DNA of 64,000 bases from Eledone cirrhosa (Eukaryota). The stretch covers positions 271,250,001 through 271,314,000 of the forward strand of contig OZ024740.1 in the NCBI GenBank assembly GCA_964016885.1, in the 5' to 3' direction. The translations under genes were made by a program, and so were the position numbers. Shown in pieces: positions 22,802-35,395 of the stretch. The first letter of the stretch is position 1. Each line of letters starts with the position of its first letter. The notes under the pieces were generated by a model, which was not told the DNA's origin, did no database searches, and saw only the letters and a program-made list of their open reading frames with translations.

Positions 22802-25800
22802 CTACAGGATGGTATACAGAGAAGGCCCATTTACACGAGCCATTCTCGCCACTATCACCCACCTTTCATAAAACTGCCTGTGGCCAAGCACCTCTCTCTC
22901 CATTCTTATCCTTCTTCCGAAGTGATATCGGAAGAAGTAGACCAGACTATGGCCAGAGAGGAAGTTGCCTGACCTCAGACCTTTCAATCGTGTCCACCAA
23001 ACAACCTCTTTCAACATGGCTATTACGCACAGAAAAACCGCCTTTGCTTCCTTTGTGAAGAGGGGAGGCGGTTTGATTGTCATCACGGACTCGGCGGTCA
23101 ATTTAATCGGCGCCACCCGCGACAGCAGTTGTTCGGCGTAGCCCCACAGATCAGCCACGCCCGGACATTGCACCAATGCGTGCGCTACGGTTTCTTCGTG
23201 ACGCACGCATCTAGGGCAAATCTTTTTTGAGGGATCCCTGCCCGGGCGCCCGTGTCTGTAGAGCCTCTCTCGAACGGGTAGAGCCCCTCGGTAGCACTGC
23301 CAGGCCAGTGACTTCTGGAAGTTGTCCATTGGTCCTGGGCCGAAAGTCCTACCGAACAGGCTGGCCAGTTCGTCTTCTTCCATGTCCAGCGACTCTCCAA
23401 GGGTGTCATCGCCCCTGCTAGCCACCAGCCCTCTATAGAATGATGAGGTGGATTCTCCACCGATGGCCCGGCCCGCTTGCCAGAGAGCCCTGAGCGCCTG
23501 AGCACACTCAGTGTGCCAGTCTCCCAGTTTTCCGGATCTTTGCTTGACCCAGGACTGTAGCTCGGTGAGTGAGACGACTCTCGGAAAGGCTCGTTTCACG
23601 AACGGAGCCCACACCGGTTGACCAGTGAGGAATACCTGTAGGTGCCGTAGCCTTAATGCGTGCCTACGCATCATGAACCACGGCATCCCCAGCCCTCCTT
23701 TCGAAGGTTGTTGGCAGCAGATGGATCTTCTCACCATAGGAGGACGCTTCTTCCAAAGAAATTGGAAGAGCATGCGTTCCATGGTGGTGAGTGTTTCCTT
23801 AGGGCAAGGCACGACAGTCAGGCGGTAGTAAGTGACGGACGCTATGTAAATGTTCGCCACCTCCGCCCGGCCTTTTAGGGACAGCTTACACTTGGCCCAT
23901 TTCTGGGTTAGTGCAAACACCTTGTTCGTAACCTCGTTCCAGTTCTTTTCCACCTGGAGGTCCGGTCCAAACCAGACCCCAAGCAACTTTACCGGGCCCT
24001 CCGTCCAGTGTCCGACGACACCGTCAGGAGGCATCGGTTTGCCTCTCCACGTTCCGAGTTGCAGCCCGATGGATTTTTCCCGGTTCAGTTTCGCTCCTGA
24101 CAACCTTTCGTACTCCTCCAGTAAGGTACCGATCGCCTCGATCTCCGAGTCGGTTGATACCATTACTGTTACGTCATCGGCGTAGGCCGACACCGCTTTG
24201 CTCAATCCTGGTTCCAGGGGGATACCCTGCAACAACTCCAACTTCCTCAGTAAAGGCTCGAGAGTCAATACGTACAGAAGGGAGGAGAGAGGGCACCCCT
24301 GTCGAATGGATCGTGTGATTTCGAACGGCTTCGAAAGGTAGCCGTTCACCTTGATCCTAGAACAGATGTGGTTGCTATGTAGGGCAGTGATCCAGCCTCT
24401 GAAAACAGGACCGAACCCAGCCGCCGCTAGCACAGCATCCAGGTAACCATGGTCGACCCTATCGAAGGCCTTAGACTGATCCAAGTTGATCAGGGCCCCA
24501 CCGAAGCCGGGTTTGTTGCCAACCCTCTCTATGATGTATCGCATGAGGTGGAGGTTATCGTGAATGGACCTGGATGGGATAGCACATGTCTGCGCATCTC
24601 CCACCAGGCCACCCACGACAAGCGCCAACCTCTTTGCTAACACCTTGGCCAAAATCTTTAACTCTGTGTTTAGCAGGGTTATGGGCCGAAAATTATTTAT
24701 ACTATCCCCCTTGTTCTCGTCCTTCCTCACCAGCGTGACTACGCCCTTGGCTACAGAACAAGGAATTCTCCCGTTCTGCTGCCAATTGCAGTAGACCGCT
24801 TCGAGGAGTTCGGAGAAGAAGACCGGCATTGCTAAATAAAGTTCGTAAGGTATACCATCGAGACCTGGAGATTTGCGTCTGCTGCATTGGCTCAGCGCAT
24901 CTCCGATCTCATCAGCCGAGATTGGTCCCTCGCAGGACTCTGCCTCTTTGTTCGAGAGACGCGGCAGGCCGTCGAGGTATGGACCGAAATCCACGCCCCG
25001 GCCCGGACCCTCGCCTCCCCCGAACAATCGGGCAAAGTGCTTTTGAAAGGCCTCGCACATCTGCTTAGGCTCCCGGATCACTCGTCCATCTTCGTCTTGC
25101 AACGACCGGATGGTGGATCGATTTCCACTTTTAGCTTCTGTCACGCGGGCCCATCCAACGGCTTTGGCCCCCTCATTACCTAGAGCACGTATTTTACTTC
25201 GAATGACGCAGCCTTCATGCTTTGCATCGAAAAACTGGTTCAAGGCCGTCCTCGATGCCAGCACTCTGGCCACATCTTCGCTCTTGATTGCCTCTTCTAA
25301 TTTACCTGTTAATTCTTTCTCGTTTCTATTCCTATTGGCAGCTAACATCTTGCTATAACTTATTGATTCTGTTCTAATCTCTCTTTTGAGAGATGCCCAC
25401 CATCGGTTGTTGACGATTGCACCCGTCAACCTCTCCTTAACTAATCTGCTAATCCGGTTTCTGTAAGTCTCTTTTGCCGGTAAAGACAAATTAAGTTTCC
25501 AGTAACCGGGACCCTGTCTATGTGTTTTCTCGAGATTGACCACGCAGGTCACTAATTTGTGATCCGTGTAGCCAACCGTGCGCATTTCTGGACAGCTTAA
25601 TATGTCCCTATCCTTACTTCTAACTAAGAATCTATCTAAGTACGATCTAGCTTGACCACTGTGGTTTCTCCAAGTCCAGGTAGGCACAGTTGGAAAATCT
25701 AGTCGATATCTATCGACCAAGTTAAAACGGTCGAGTAACCCCTTGAGGCTGTTACACCCCCCTCTATTAGGACATGCTCCTGCATAGTCCCAACGTGCAT

Positions 25801-26239
25801 CCAGGATGTCATTCCAATCCCCCGCTAGAAGCAGGGAACGCGACGTTCCCAGAAAAGTCTCCAAACGCTGGAAGAAGTCGGGCCGTTCAGCTCCGAAAGG
25901 GGAGTAGACGGCGACCAGTCTCAAGGCCGCACTTTCACTACTGCCAACGTCTAGCACCAACAAACGACCCTCCGGGTCCGAGTGCACAACCTGTACGGCA
26001 AGACCCAGGTGTTTTTGCAGCAGCACGACAACCCCACCCCCACCTCCAGGTTGACAGAGAGATGCATGCACCTCAAAGTCATCGAAGGTGGGGGCCAGCT
26101 GCCGCATGACGCTGATTCGAGTCTCACAGATAACCATTACATTTATACTACATGACCTGAGGTCATTTAGAAGCTTTGCTTGCTTCCAAGTTGAGCCCAG
26201 GCCACGTGCATTCAAACATCCTACTCTTAACACATCCAT
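22802..26239 (-). CDS. ORF2 of C2, intact 1145 aa
   Basis: Differs from C1 ORF2 at about four residues seen by eye (QSR/QAR, EKK/ENK, WLM/WFM, RLV/RVV). Confidence 0.95.
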   Translation of the reverse strand: MDVLRVGCLNARGLGSTWKQAKLLNDLRSCSINVMVICETRISVMRQLAPTFDDFEVHASLCQPGGGGGVVVLLQKHLGLAVQVVHSDPEGRLLVLDVGSSESAALRLVAVYSPFGAERPDFFQRLETFLGTSRSLLLAGDWNDILDARWDYAGACPNRGGCNSLKGLLDRFNLVDRYRLDFPTVPTWTWRNHSGQARSYLDRFLVRSKDRDILSCPEMRTVGYTDHKLVTCVVNLEKTHRQGPGYWKLNLSLPAKETYRNRISRLVKERLTGAIVNNRWWASLKREIRTESISYSKMLAANRNRNEKELTGKLEEAIKSEDVARVLASRTALNQFFDAKHEGCVIRSKIRALGNEGAKAVGWARVTEAKSGNRSTIRSLQDEDGRVIREPKQMCEAFQKHFARLFGGGEGPGRGVDFGPYLDGLPRLSNKEAESCEGPISADEIGDALSQCSRRKSPGLDGIPYELYLAMPVFFSELLEAVYCNWQQNGRIPCSVAKGVVTLVRKDENKGDSINNFRPITLLNTELKILAKVLAKRLALVVGGLVGDAQTCAIPSRSIHDNLHLMRYIIERVGNKPGFGGALINLDQSKAFDRVDHGYLDAVLAAAGFGPVFRGWITALHSNHICSRIKVNGYLSKPFEITRSIRQGCPLSSLLYVLTLEPLLRKLELLQGIPLEPGLSKAVSAYADDVTVMVSTDSEIEAIGTLLEEYERLSGAKLNREKSIGLQLGTWRGKPMPPDGVVGHWTEGPVKLLGVWFGPDLQVEKNWNEVTNKVFALTQKWAKCKLSLKGRAEVANIYIASVTYYRLTVVPCPKETLTTMERMLFQFLWKKRPPMVRRSICCQQPSKGGLGMPWFMMRRHALRLRHLQVFLTGQPVWAPFVKRAFPRVVSLTELQSWVKQRSGKLGDWHTECAQALRALWQAGRAIGGESTSSFYRGLVASRGDDTLGESLDMEEDELASLFGRTFGPGPMDNFQKSLAWQCYRGALPVRERLYRHGRPGRDPSKKICPRCVRHEETVAHALVQCPGVADLWGYAEQLLSRVAPIKLTAESVMTIKPPPLFTKEAKAVFLCVIAMLKEVVWWTRLKGLRSGNFLSGHSLVYFFRYHFGRRIRMEREVLGHRQFYERWVIVARMARVNGPSLYTIL

Positions 26240-26272
26240 GTGGGCGGCAGAGCCAAAGGAGAGTGTAGAGAC

Positions 26273-28146
26273 CTACCTTTCCGCTTCCCGGGGTTCGGGT
26301 TGCACGACTTCCATGGGGTCGGGGGTGTTGGGTGAAGGGGTGTCTTGTGGTGGTGTGGGGTCGTCGGTGTGTGGTGGGGTTGGGGTGTTTGGAGTTGTGT
26401 TGGGGAGGGGAAGGGGAGGGGGAAAGCTTTTTAGTAGGACGCGGTTTATGGGTTTGACAGAGGGTGGTCCTACGTCCTCCTTAAAATCCTTTTTTAGTTT
26501 TTGGTAGAGGTTCATTGGGATTTTTATTAGTTTTAAATGTGGGTGGTTTTCTGATGAAACAAAGTTTACACCTTCGGTTTGTACCGAAGGATTATTGTAT
26601 ATGAGTTCATTTAATTTATTATTGTTTCTGTTGATGTAAGTATAGTGTAATGTCTTTTTTTCCGATGGTGTGAGTGTTTCGAAGAGGGGAGGGGCAGGTT
26701 TGGTTTTGTTTGTTGCTGGAGGGGTGTTTTCTGTTTTGTTAGATTGTGTTGCGATTTGGGTGGGGGTTGTTTGTCCTTGTGTGTTTTGCACATGTTTTCT
26801 TTTTTTCCTTTTAGTCTGAAGGACTCCGTTTCTTCCTCCGAATTCGTTGGGTTATCTTCAGTGTTGGAGGGAAGAGGTATGTTTGCTGGTAATGTTTCCG
26901 TGTTGGTTTTCTTTGTGGGGGAGATGGATGTCACTATGTTAGACTGTGTTGTGTGTTGTGTCTGCGGTGGTTGTGTTGTTTTATTGAGTGAGAGGTTGGG
27001 TGGGCCTGTATTTTGTTTTGGGGTAATGTGTTGTGACTGTTTGTGTTGTGGTGGTGTTGTGGTGTTACTGAGGGACGGGTTGGGTGGGACTGAGTTTTGT
27101 TGTTTGTTTATCTGTTGTGGTGGTGGTGGTGGAGCTGGTGTTGGTAGCAGGGTTTTCTTTTTGTTGAGTTGGGGACAAGCGGCCTTCAGGTGCCCTCTGC
27201 CTGCACAGATATGGCAGGACGGCCTTCTCCCCTCCACGCTAATGTTTATATACCCGTGGTCCTCTAATAGGATTCTGTCGGGTATTTGGGCGATGCGTTC
27301 AGGCTTCATTTGTACTACCAGCTCTATACCTGTTCCACTGAACGCATTGCCTGTGGTTTTCCCAATGGAAATCACGTTGTCATTCACTGGATCGATGAAG
27401 CCAGCTATGAGCCAGCAGTAGTCCACATCTGGCATCATTGCATCCAGCCATATGCGTTGAGTTTTTTTTCCCATATAAGATGGATAAAAGGTGAAATTTT
27501 TCGAACGAATCGGTGACAAAGCACATTTTTTTGCCGCCGATTCGTTCTTCATGATAATTGCTAGGCTTCCATACAGTCTGTCTTTTCTTATGAAAGTTGT
27601 TTCATTCAGTACTTCTGCGAGTACTGTTTTGATATCTGCTTGAGAAGGCTGTTCAGGTTTTTTTGTACTGTTGTTGATGGTCCGAAACTTGACCGTTCGG
27701 CTTTCAATGTCTTTCGTGAATTCTTGAGGCATTTTTACCAATAAAATACCATTCTCACCTTCACTTATGTATTGTTTTGCGTCCGTGATCCTTCGTACCA
27801 CATCTGAAATGTTTTCCGCTATATAAGTCAAAGATTTCTTTGTTTTCTGTGCAAATGAAATCTTGTCGTCTGCTTTGTTTTCTGATATGATGTTATTTTC
27901 AACTGTTATTTTTTTGTTTGTTGTGTCTTTGTTTGTGTTATTAGTATTGTCATGCAATTTTTCAAATTTTTTTTTTTCGTTGTTTTCGTCATTTAATTTT
28001 TTCTCCGCAGATTCGTCCGTTTTTATTTTCATTTTTCCTTCCTTCTCTATGACGTTAGTTGGGAAGGAAGGGAGGACTAAAGCGTGCGAGCTTACAACTC
28101 TTACCGCTGTCCCCCCACCACTATTTTCGTTCGCTGCGTTTAACAT
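26273..28146 (-). pseudogene. ORF1 of C2 with 4-bp deletion frameshift near 26813
   Basis: C1 plus strand TTA[ATCT]GTCTGAA versus C2 TTAGTCTGAA; ORF splits into 511-aa and 172-aa pieces. Confidence 0.88.
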
Positions 28147-28383
28147 TTCTGTTAGACGATTGAAATTTTTTACACAAAATTTTTTAAAACAGGTTTTTCA
28201 CCTCTAGGAGGGGTAAAGATGAGCTGACCCACCGCCTGACAGTTCAGACGGAGGGTCAAGCTACACAATTGTATCAAAATTAAGTTTGAACTCACAAAAT
28301 TTCCTCAATAAATTTGAACAAAACTTCTGTGCGAAGTGAATGACATCCACACTGTAGAACAGACGACAGCTAGATCAAAGGGG

Positions 28384-29193
28384 AGATAGATAGATAGATA
28401 GATAGATAGATATAGAGAAGGGGGATAGATAGGTAGATAGACAGATATAGAGAGGGGGAGACAGATAGATAGATAGATATAGAGAGGGGGGAGGAGACAG
28501 ATAGATAGATAGATAGATATATAGAGGGGGGAGACAGATAGATAGATAGATATAGAGAGGGGGGGAGACAGATAGATAGATAGATATAGAGAGGGGGGAG
28601 GAGACAGATAGATAGATAGATAGATATATAGAGGGGGGAGACAGATAGATAGATAGATATAGAGAGGGGGGAGACAGATAGATAGACAGATATAGAGGGG
28701 GGAGACAGATAGATAGATATAGAGAGGGGGAGACAGATAGATAGATAGACAGATATAGAGGGGGAGACAGATAGATAGGTAGATATAGAGAGGGGGGAGA
28801 CAGATAGATAGATATAGAGAGGGGGGAGACAGATAGATAGACAGATATAGAGGGCGGAGACAGATAGATAGATAGATGTAGAGATAGGGGGAGACAGATA
28901 GATAGATAGATATAGAGAGGGGGGGAGACAGATAGATAGATATAGAGAGGGGGAGACAGATAGACAGATAGATAGATATAGAGAGAGGGGGGAGACAGAT
29001 AGATAGATATAGAGAGGGGGAGGAGACAGATAGATAGATAGATATAGAGAGGGGGGAGGAGACAGATAGATAGACAGATATAGAGGGAGGAGAGACAGAT
29101 AGATAGATATAGAGATGGGGGAAACAGATAGATAGATATAGAGAGGGAGAGGAGACAGATAGATAGATAGATAGATATAGAGAGGGGGGAGAC

Positions 29194-29225
<32 letters not shown>

Positions 29226-29721
29226 GGATAGATAGATAGATAGATAGAGAGGGGGATAGATAGGTAGATAGATAGATATAGAGAGAGGGGGACAGGTAGA
29301 TAGATATAGAGAGGGGGGAGACAGATAGACAGATAGATAGATATAGAGATGGGGGGAGACAGATAGATAGATATAGAGAGGGAGAGGAGACAGATAGATA
29401 GATAGATAGATATAGAGAGGGGGAGACAGATGGATAGATAGATATAGAGAGGGGGAGGAGACAGATGGATAGATAGATATAGAGAGAGGGGGAGACAGAT
29501 AGACAGATAGATAGATATAGAGAGGGGGAGACAGATAGATAGACAGATATAGAGAGGGGGGATAGATAGGTAGATAGACAGATATAGAGGGGGGAGATAG
29601 ATAGATAGATAGATATAGAGAGAGGGGCGAGAGAGGTAGATAGATAGATATAGAGGGGGGAGACAGATAGATAGATAGATAGATAGATAGATATAGAGAG
29701 AGGGGCGAGACAGATAGATAG

Positions 29722-29790
<69 letters not shown>

Positions 29791-29889
29791 GAGAGAGAGA
29801 GAGAGAGAGAGAGTGGAGATAGACAGACAGATAGAGAGAGAGAAGGGGGGACAGACATGCAGACAGATAGATAGAGAGGGAGATAGAGG

Positions 29890-29952
<63 letters not shown>

Positions 29953-29990
29953 TAGAGGGAGGGGGGAGACAGACAACCATGCAGGCAGAC

Positions 29991-30050
<60 letters not shown>

Positions 30051-30136
30051 AAGGGCGACAGACAGACAGGCAGGCAGGCAGACAGACAGACAGACAGGCT
30101 GATATTTAGTTAGTTAGATAGATAGATAGATAGATA
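28384..30136. repeat. Compound GATA/GAGA/GACA/G-run tandem repeat
   Basis: Units like GATATAGAGAGGGGGGAGACA(GATA)n grading into (GA)n and (GACA)n. Confidence 0.9.
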
Positions 30137-30230
30137 TGTTTCTTTATTAGCCACAGGGGCACAAAAGAAGGGGACAAATAGAAAGGGGGAAGTTTACATA
30201 CAAATAAAAACGTGTAAAATATCACAAATG
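30137..30230 (-). mobile_element. ~95-bp 5'-truncated Tx1 3' end (subfamily D-like)
   Basis: TTTCTTTATTAGCCACAGGGGCACAAAAGAAGGGGACA...GGGGGAAGTTTACATA matches the other 3' termini; short GATA runs on both sides. Confidence 0.85.
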
Positions 30231-31090
30231 CATAGATAGATGTTTTAGTAAGGGGCGTACGTGGCGCTAGATTTGTAAAGAAAAGAAACTGCATGCAGAT
30301 GTAAACACACTATGCATCGTAGGATACATGCAGACTCGTATGCATTCATTCATTACGTTAATTTATTCAACACTACACAAACACTATCACCACCGCTGCT
30401 ACCACAACAATCAACACCACCCTACTTATACACAACAAACCAACCACTAGCATACTATTTTCTTACTCCTGCTCCTACTTCTTAGATTCTTGCTCTTTTG
30501 TTTCCTCCTCCTCCTCCTCCTCCTCTACCACCACTACTACCACCCCCTTGTATATTTTCTTTCCTCTTCTCTCCTCTCTATTCTGTTCTCCTCTCCCTCC
30601 TCCTCCTTCTACTGCGTGCCTTCTATTCTGTTTATTGTGTCAACGCGCGGGGTTTTTTTTCCCGCAAATTTTTTCACCGCCATCTCGTTTTTGCCGTATC
30701 ATCACATGGCCATTGATACTTTCTAGATGCAACCAATCAATTGATCCTACGATTGCAATAGTATAAACAAGACCACTCCCATTATTTACTTTGACTTGCT
30801 ATAAACGTTTTAGCTGCAAAACTAAACCTAGATATGATTCATTTATAAATATGTAGGTTGTGGTGTTGTCAGGGCCGTATTATTCATAAGGATGACGAGG
30901 CTGAAGATTAGGTGGGGGGGGGGGGAGGGGGTATGGAGTGTCCCGTGGACTATAGGTGGTGGTGTGGGGGAGGTTGCCATCTTTTTTTTTTATTTTGCTT
31001 TATTGGAGTGGAAGATTGAAATGCCAGTAGGGACTCCGGAATACCTGAAAGGCTAGGGACGCTGTCGTGGGTTAATATGACCCAGGAGAT

Positions 31091-31091
<1 letters not shown>

Positions 31092-31157
<66 letters not shown>

Positions 31158-31171
31158 GTGTGTGTGTGTGT
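31092..31171. repeat. (TG)n microsatellite
   Basis: Directly visible. Confidence 0.95.
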
Positions 31172-31277
31172 TATGATACGTCTGTGTACGTATCTATGTG
31201 TGGAGTGATTGTGTTGTTCTTTAGTTAGCTCAAAATCTGCCTTTTTTTTTTTCCAGACATACTATATCTAGTATATA

Positions 31278-31435
31278 GGCGTGGGGATTGGCAGAGTCAT
31301 TAGAACGTCGGAGAGAATGTTTCGCTGTATGTTTCGGCTTTCTACTCTCTGAGTTCAAATCCCGCCGAGGTCAACTTTGCCTTTCATCCTTTCGAGGTCG
31401 ATAAATAAGGTACCAGTCAAGTACTGGGGTCGATT
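31278..31435 (+). mobile_element. tRNA-derived SINE, 3'-truncated
   Basis: TGGCAGAGTC, GAGTTCAAATCCCGCCGAGG and GCCTTTCATCCTTTCGAGGTCGATAAA core. Confidence 0.8.
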
Positions 31436-32071
31436 CTTCCTCTATATCTCTTCCTCTATATCTCTTCCTCTATATCTCTTCCTCTATACCTCTTCCTCTA
31501 TATCTCTTCCTCTATACCTCTTCCTCTATATCTCTTCCTCTATACCTCTTCCTCTATATCTCTTCCTCTATATCTCTTCCTCTATATCTCTTCCTCTATA
31601 TCTCTTCCTCTATATCTCTTCCTCTATATCTCTTCCTCTATATCTCTTCCTCTATATCTCTTCCTCTATATCTCTTCCTCTATATCTCTTCCTCTATATC
31701 TCTTCCTCTATATCTCTTCCTCTATATCTCTTCCTCTATATCTCTTCCTCTATATCTCTTCCTCTATATCTCTTCCTCTATATCTCTTCCTCTATACCTC
31801 TTCCTCTATACCTCTTCCTCTATACCTCTTCCTCTATATCTCTTCCTCTATATCTCTTCCTCTATATCTCTTCCTCTATACCTCTTCCTCTATACCTCTT
31901 CCTCTATACCTCTTCCTCTATATCTCTTCCTCTATATCTCTTCCTCTATATCTCTTCCTCTATACCTCTTCCTCTATATCTCTTCCTCTATACCTCTTCC
32001 TCTATACCTCTTCCTCTATATCTCTTCCTCTATACCTCTTCCTCTATATCTCTTCCTCTATATCTCTTCCT
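31436..32071. repeat. 14-bp minisatellite CTCTTCCTCTATA(T/C), ~45 copies
   Basis: Directly visible; starts where the SINE breaks off. Confidence 0.95.
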
Positions 32072-32253
32072 CGCTTCCTGTGTCTCTCATTCTCTCTCCT
32101 TCTCTGGAAGAAATCTGCTGTATTCAGACCTGGAGAAGAGAAGGGTTCCACCAAGCTTAAAGAATGCCCTAGAAACGCTGTATGTCAATAAGGGGCCCCT
32201 GCGACTCCCTTGGGAGTTACAGTATAAAGAAAAGAAAGATATCTAGTATAATA

Positions 32254-32472
32254 TAATGGTTTCTTATATAGGCACAAGGCCAGTAATTTTGGGAGAGAGG
32301 AAAGTCGATTAAATTGATACCAGTGCGTAACTGGTACTTTATTTTATCGACCCCGTAAGGATGAAAGGCAAAGTTAACCTTGGCGGGATTTGAACTCAGT
32401 TCATAAAGGGCCGTAGCTCTATGCTGCAAAGCATGGCGTCCCACCCTCTACCGATGCTGCCAATCCACCGCC
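32254..32472 (-). mobile_element. tRNA-derived SINE, full-length long form
   Basis: Reverse complement of 35580-35798-type copies. Confidence 0.85.
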
Positions 32473-32727
32473 CTATCCAGTATAACATAATGAAATGCAC
32501 TCGTGTTTCTTTTTTTGAGACAGTAGAATGTGCATTGAAGGAGAGTTGGCTGTTATTTCTAGCATGTTGAGTGACTATACGAAGCCTTGCTTCTTAGGAT
32601 TGTCTAATTGTGTGGGGGGGGGGGGATTATGTTGTACTTGCAAAGAAAATCTTGCTGGAGAATCACCCTTGTTAACAGAGTACTTTTTTATTTTGTTTGT
32701 AACAAAATTTATATATATATACATGTA

Positions 32728-33078
32728 TAATAATAATAATAATAATGAAATTATTGTGTACAGTGCTCAGGTGCACTACAACTCATCAAAGGTGCATGTA
32801 TAGTACATAGAATAATGTACAAATGTCAGGAAAATAAACAGTGCATGAGTCATGATATATTGAAATATTGTGCACAGTGCCCAGGCGCACCACAACCCAT
32901 CAAAAAAGTGCATGTACAGTACATAGGGCAATGCACAAACATCAGTAAAATGAACAGTGCACGAGTCATGATACACACATGTGTGCATGTGTATGGAAGG
33001 GGCACATCAGGTGTAGTTTTGGCGTATTTCGGGAAGCATGAGTGTCTTAAAGGATGCAGTGTCTCGGCAGCTAACAAT
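32728..33078 (-). mobile_element. Possible LINE (CR1/L2-like) 3' end with (ATT)n tail
   Basis: Minus strand ...VSCRDTASFKTLMLPEIRQNYT* followed by a UTR-like stretch and (ATT)n; weak resemblance to CR1-group C-termini. Confidence 0.3.
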
Positions 33079-33591
33079 TGATGTATGTATGTATGTATGT
33101 ATGTATGTATGTATGTGTCAATAATTGTCCTACCATGGGCCTAGCACTATGTGTCAATAATTGTCACAGGTGTAGTGTTTGTACCAGAGGTTTCAAGTCG
33201 CTGGCTGGACTAAAAAGTCACACTCGTTCAGCGCTTCGGTAGGGGTTATCATACATGGATGTAAAGTAGTGGCCGTACTCGAAAACGAGTTGGCAGCCAC
33301 CACCATGTATGTATGTATGTATGTATGTATGTATGCACATACGTGTATGTGTATATATATGTGCGTGTGTGTGTGTGTGTGTTTTTAAAATGTTGACTAA
33401 TCAGGGTTGTATGCAACACACCTATCAATGAACGATGATGCAATTAGGGTTTAGCACTCGACGCGATGTGTATTCTTTCAAATACACTTGTTAGTCCATG
33501 ACGGAGTATATTTACAATAATTGTAGATATTTATAATTCTTTTATTATGCATATCTATATCTGACCTTCGCAATTATCATTTTTCTATATA

Positions 33592-33774
33592 CGAGGGTTG
33601 GCTGAAAAGTTCATAGGCTGACCAAGATATTCTCATGAAATGACCAAATGAGGTTTATTTTTCAAGATAGTCCCTGGAAAGAAACAATGCAGTTATTAAT
33701 AAGAAGAGTTGAAATTGATGCATCCAAGATTTCTCTGCACTAGTATCCCCTTTCAGCCTTTCAGCCTACCCTTG
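33592..33774. mobile_element. Tc1/mariner-type MITE
   Basis: TA-CGAGGGTTGGCTGAAA ... TTTCAGCCTACCCTTG-TA: 14/16 terminal inverted repeat with TA on both sides. Confidence 0.7.
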
Positions 33775-33809
33775 TATATACAATAGGGATGTAATGGGCT
33801 TCTGCACCT

Positions 33810-33975
33810 TGGTGTAGTTGCACTGGTGGCGTTTATTAGACAAAAAGAAGCACAGAAGTGAGTTGGTAATAACAGCACAACAGCCAGAACTAGATATAGT
33901 GAAATACACCGAGGCGAAAAAACGAGGCAATAGTTGTGAAAGGGGAGGTAAATGGTAACTTAACGAATATACAAA
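33810..33975 (+). repeat. Unclassified dispersed repeat (second copy ~43058-43230)
   Basis: Shared GCACTGG..CGTTTA..AGACAAAA..AAGCACAGA..AGTTGGTAATAACAGCACAAC..GTGAAATAC..GGCAATAGTTG. Confidence 0.65.
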
Positions 33976-35395
33976 TTTTGAAATTTATTTTGTTCCATTG
34001 GATGGAAGCATTTATATGTAATTGTTCAGATGTTGGTGATTTAAACCCATTTCTCACTGCCCTCTAAAATGTGGAACAACCAATTGACTTAACTCATTCT
34101 CCCTGATATACACATACAGTGGCGGACTGGGTCTAAAAATATTGGTTGCCAGGAGATGAAGGGGGCCCACCTACATATGGAATGCTATCATTTAATTTTT
34201 AAAATGAATAAATAACATTTTCAAAAATTACAAAAGTGGAAACAAAACTGTGCAATCAAATTTGTGCGGAAAAATATCTTACCTTCTCCAATTAAAAATA
34301 TTATGTATTTTGCGAAATCGAGAGACTTTCAATAATGACCAGAGTCGACCCTAAATATTACTAATAGCTCTAGGAAAGCCATGAACGACACCACATCTTT
34401 TAAGTTTGATTTTGAAAATAGGTTTATAATTATCAATTTTCATTATACTTTTGTAGTTGTCTTGGTGGCCTATTTGGAGAAAATCATAGACGGTGGTGAT
34501 CTAGTCTGAAGTTCGATCCTGGTCAGGAGTAGGGTTCCCATTAAACTTTTTCAGTTTTTTTTCAATGGGTTGTAAAACAGAAACTGATAAAGGTTACATG
34601 CACCTCTTAACCAGAATTGAACCAAAGACTAGGGTCTCCACCGTCTCCAGTACATACCGCTAGGCCACAGAGATAACTTCGAAAATATTAAGAAAATTCA
34701 TACTTATAAACCTACTTTTAAAATTATGGGGGCAGTTTTTCATGGTACTCCCCGTTCGGGCTTTTTAGATATTGGCAGGTCTGGCCATACTTGCTCCTGT
34801 ATCTAAGACTCCATTTTGTTTCTGTAGTTTTCTTTCATTTTCTGTCTTTTCTCAGCATCGCTTTTTATTCTTTTTTTAGATAATATTCTTTCATTTATTC
34901 ATTCATTCTTGCAAAGATTCTTTTTTTCTTTCTTTCTAAATAATTTCATTCGTTCTACAGTCGTTTCTTTCTTCTTTCTTTTTCTAAACATTATTACTAC
35001 TTCTTTTTTCTTTCTTTCTAAACTTTCTTATTTTCGTCGTTTATTTTTTTTTTGTCTTTAATTCTAAGACCAGGCCCAGGTGGGGGGTATCTGGTCTTAG
35101 AATTAAATACAAAAAGAGGGGGGCGTGCTTGCGTGTTCTGTAGATCCGTGAAAGCGTTACTGTTTCGAGCTTTGCTCCTGGAAGGGCCACCCTTATCGAG
35201 CCAGTCTTCAAGGGAAAGCTCCAGACTAACGGTGACCCGCGGGGTGCCGGCTCGTCGCCAAGACGGCAGCCCGATCATCCGACAATTCTGCAGAGGGCCC
35301 CAAACCCTCCCAGGAGAATCTTCAACTCGTTACACCAACCTGAAGAAACCGGGCTTTAATTCTAAACATTTCTGTATACATTAATTTATTCTTTC

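Larger units (their letters stand above)
22588..28383 (-). mobile_element. Tx1-type element copy C2, full length, ORF1 frameshifted
   Basis: Near-identical to C1 over its full length (offset 7510), 4 nt shorter. Confidence 0.95.

Noticed and set aside
31377-32246. 289-aa ORF
   Set aside because: SINE plus 14-bp minisatellite read-through.
34117-34175. hAT-like terminus CAGTGGCGGACTGG
   Set aside because: No matching inverted end or 8-bp duplication found; insufficient support.
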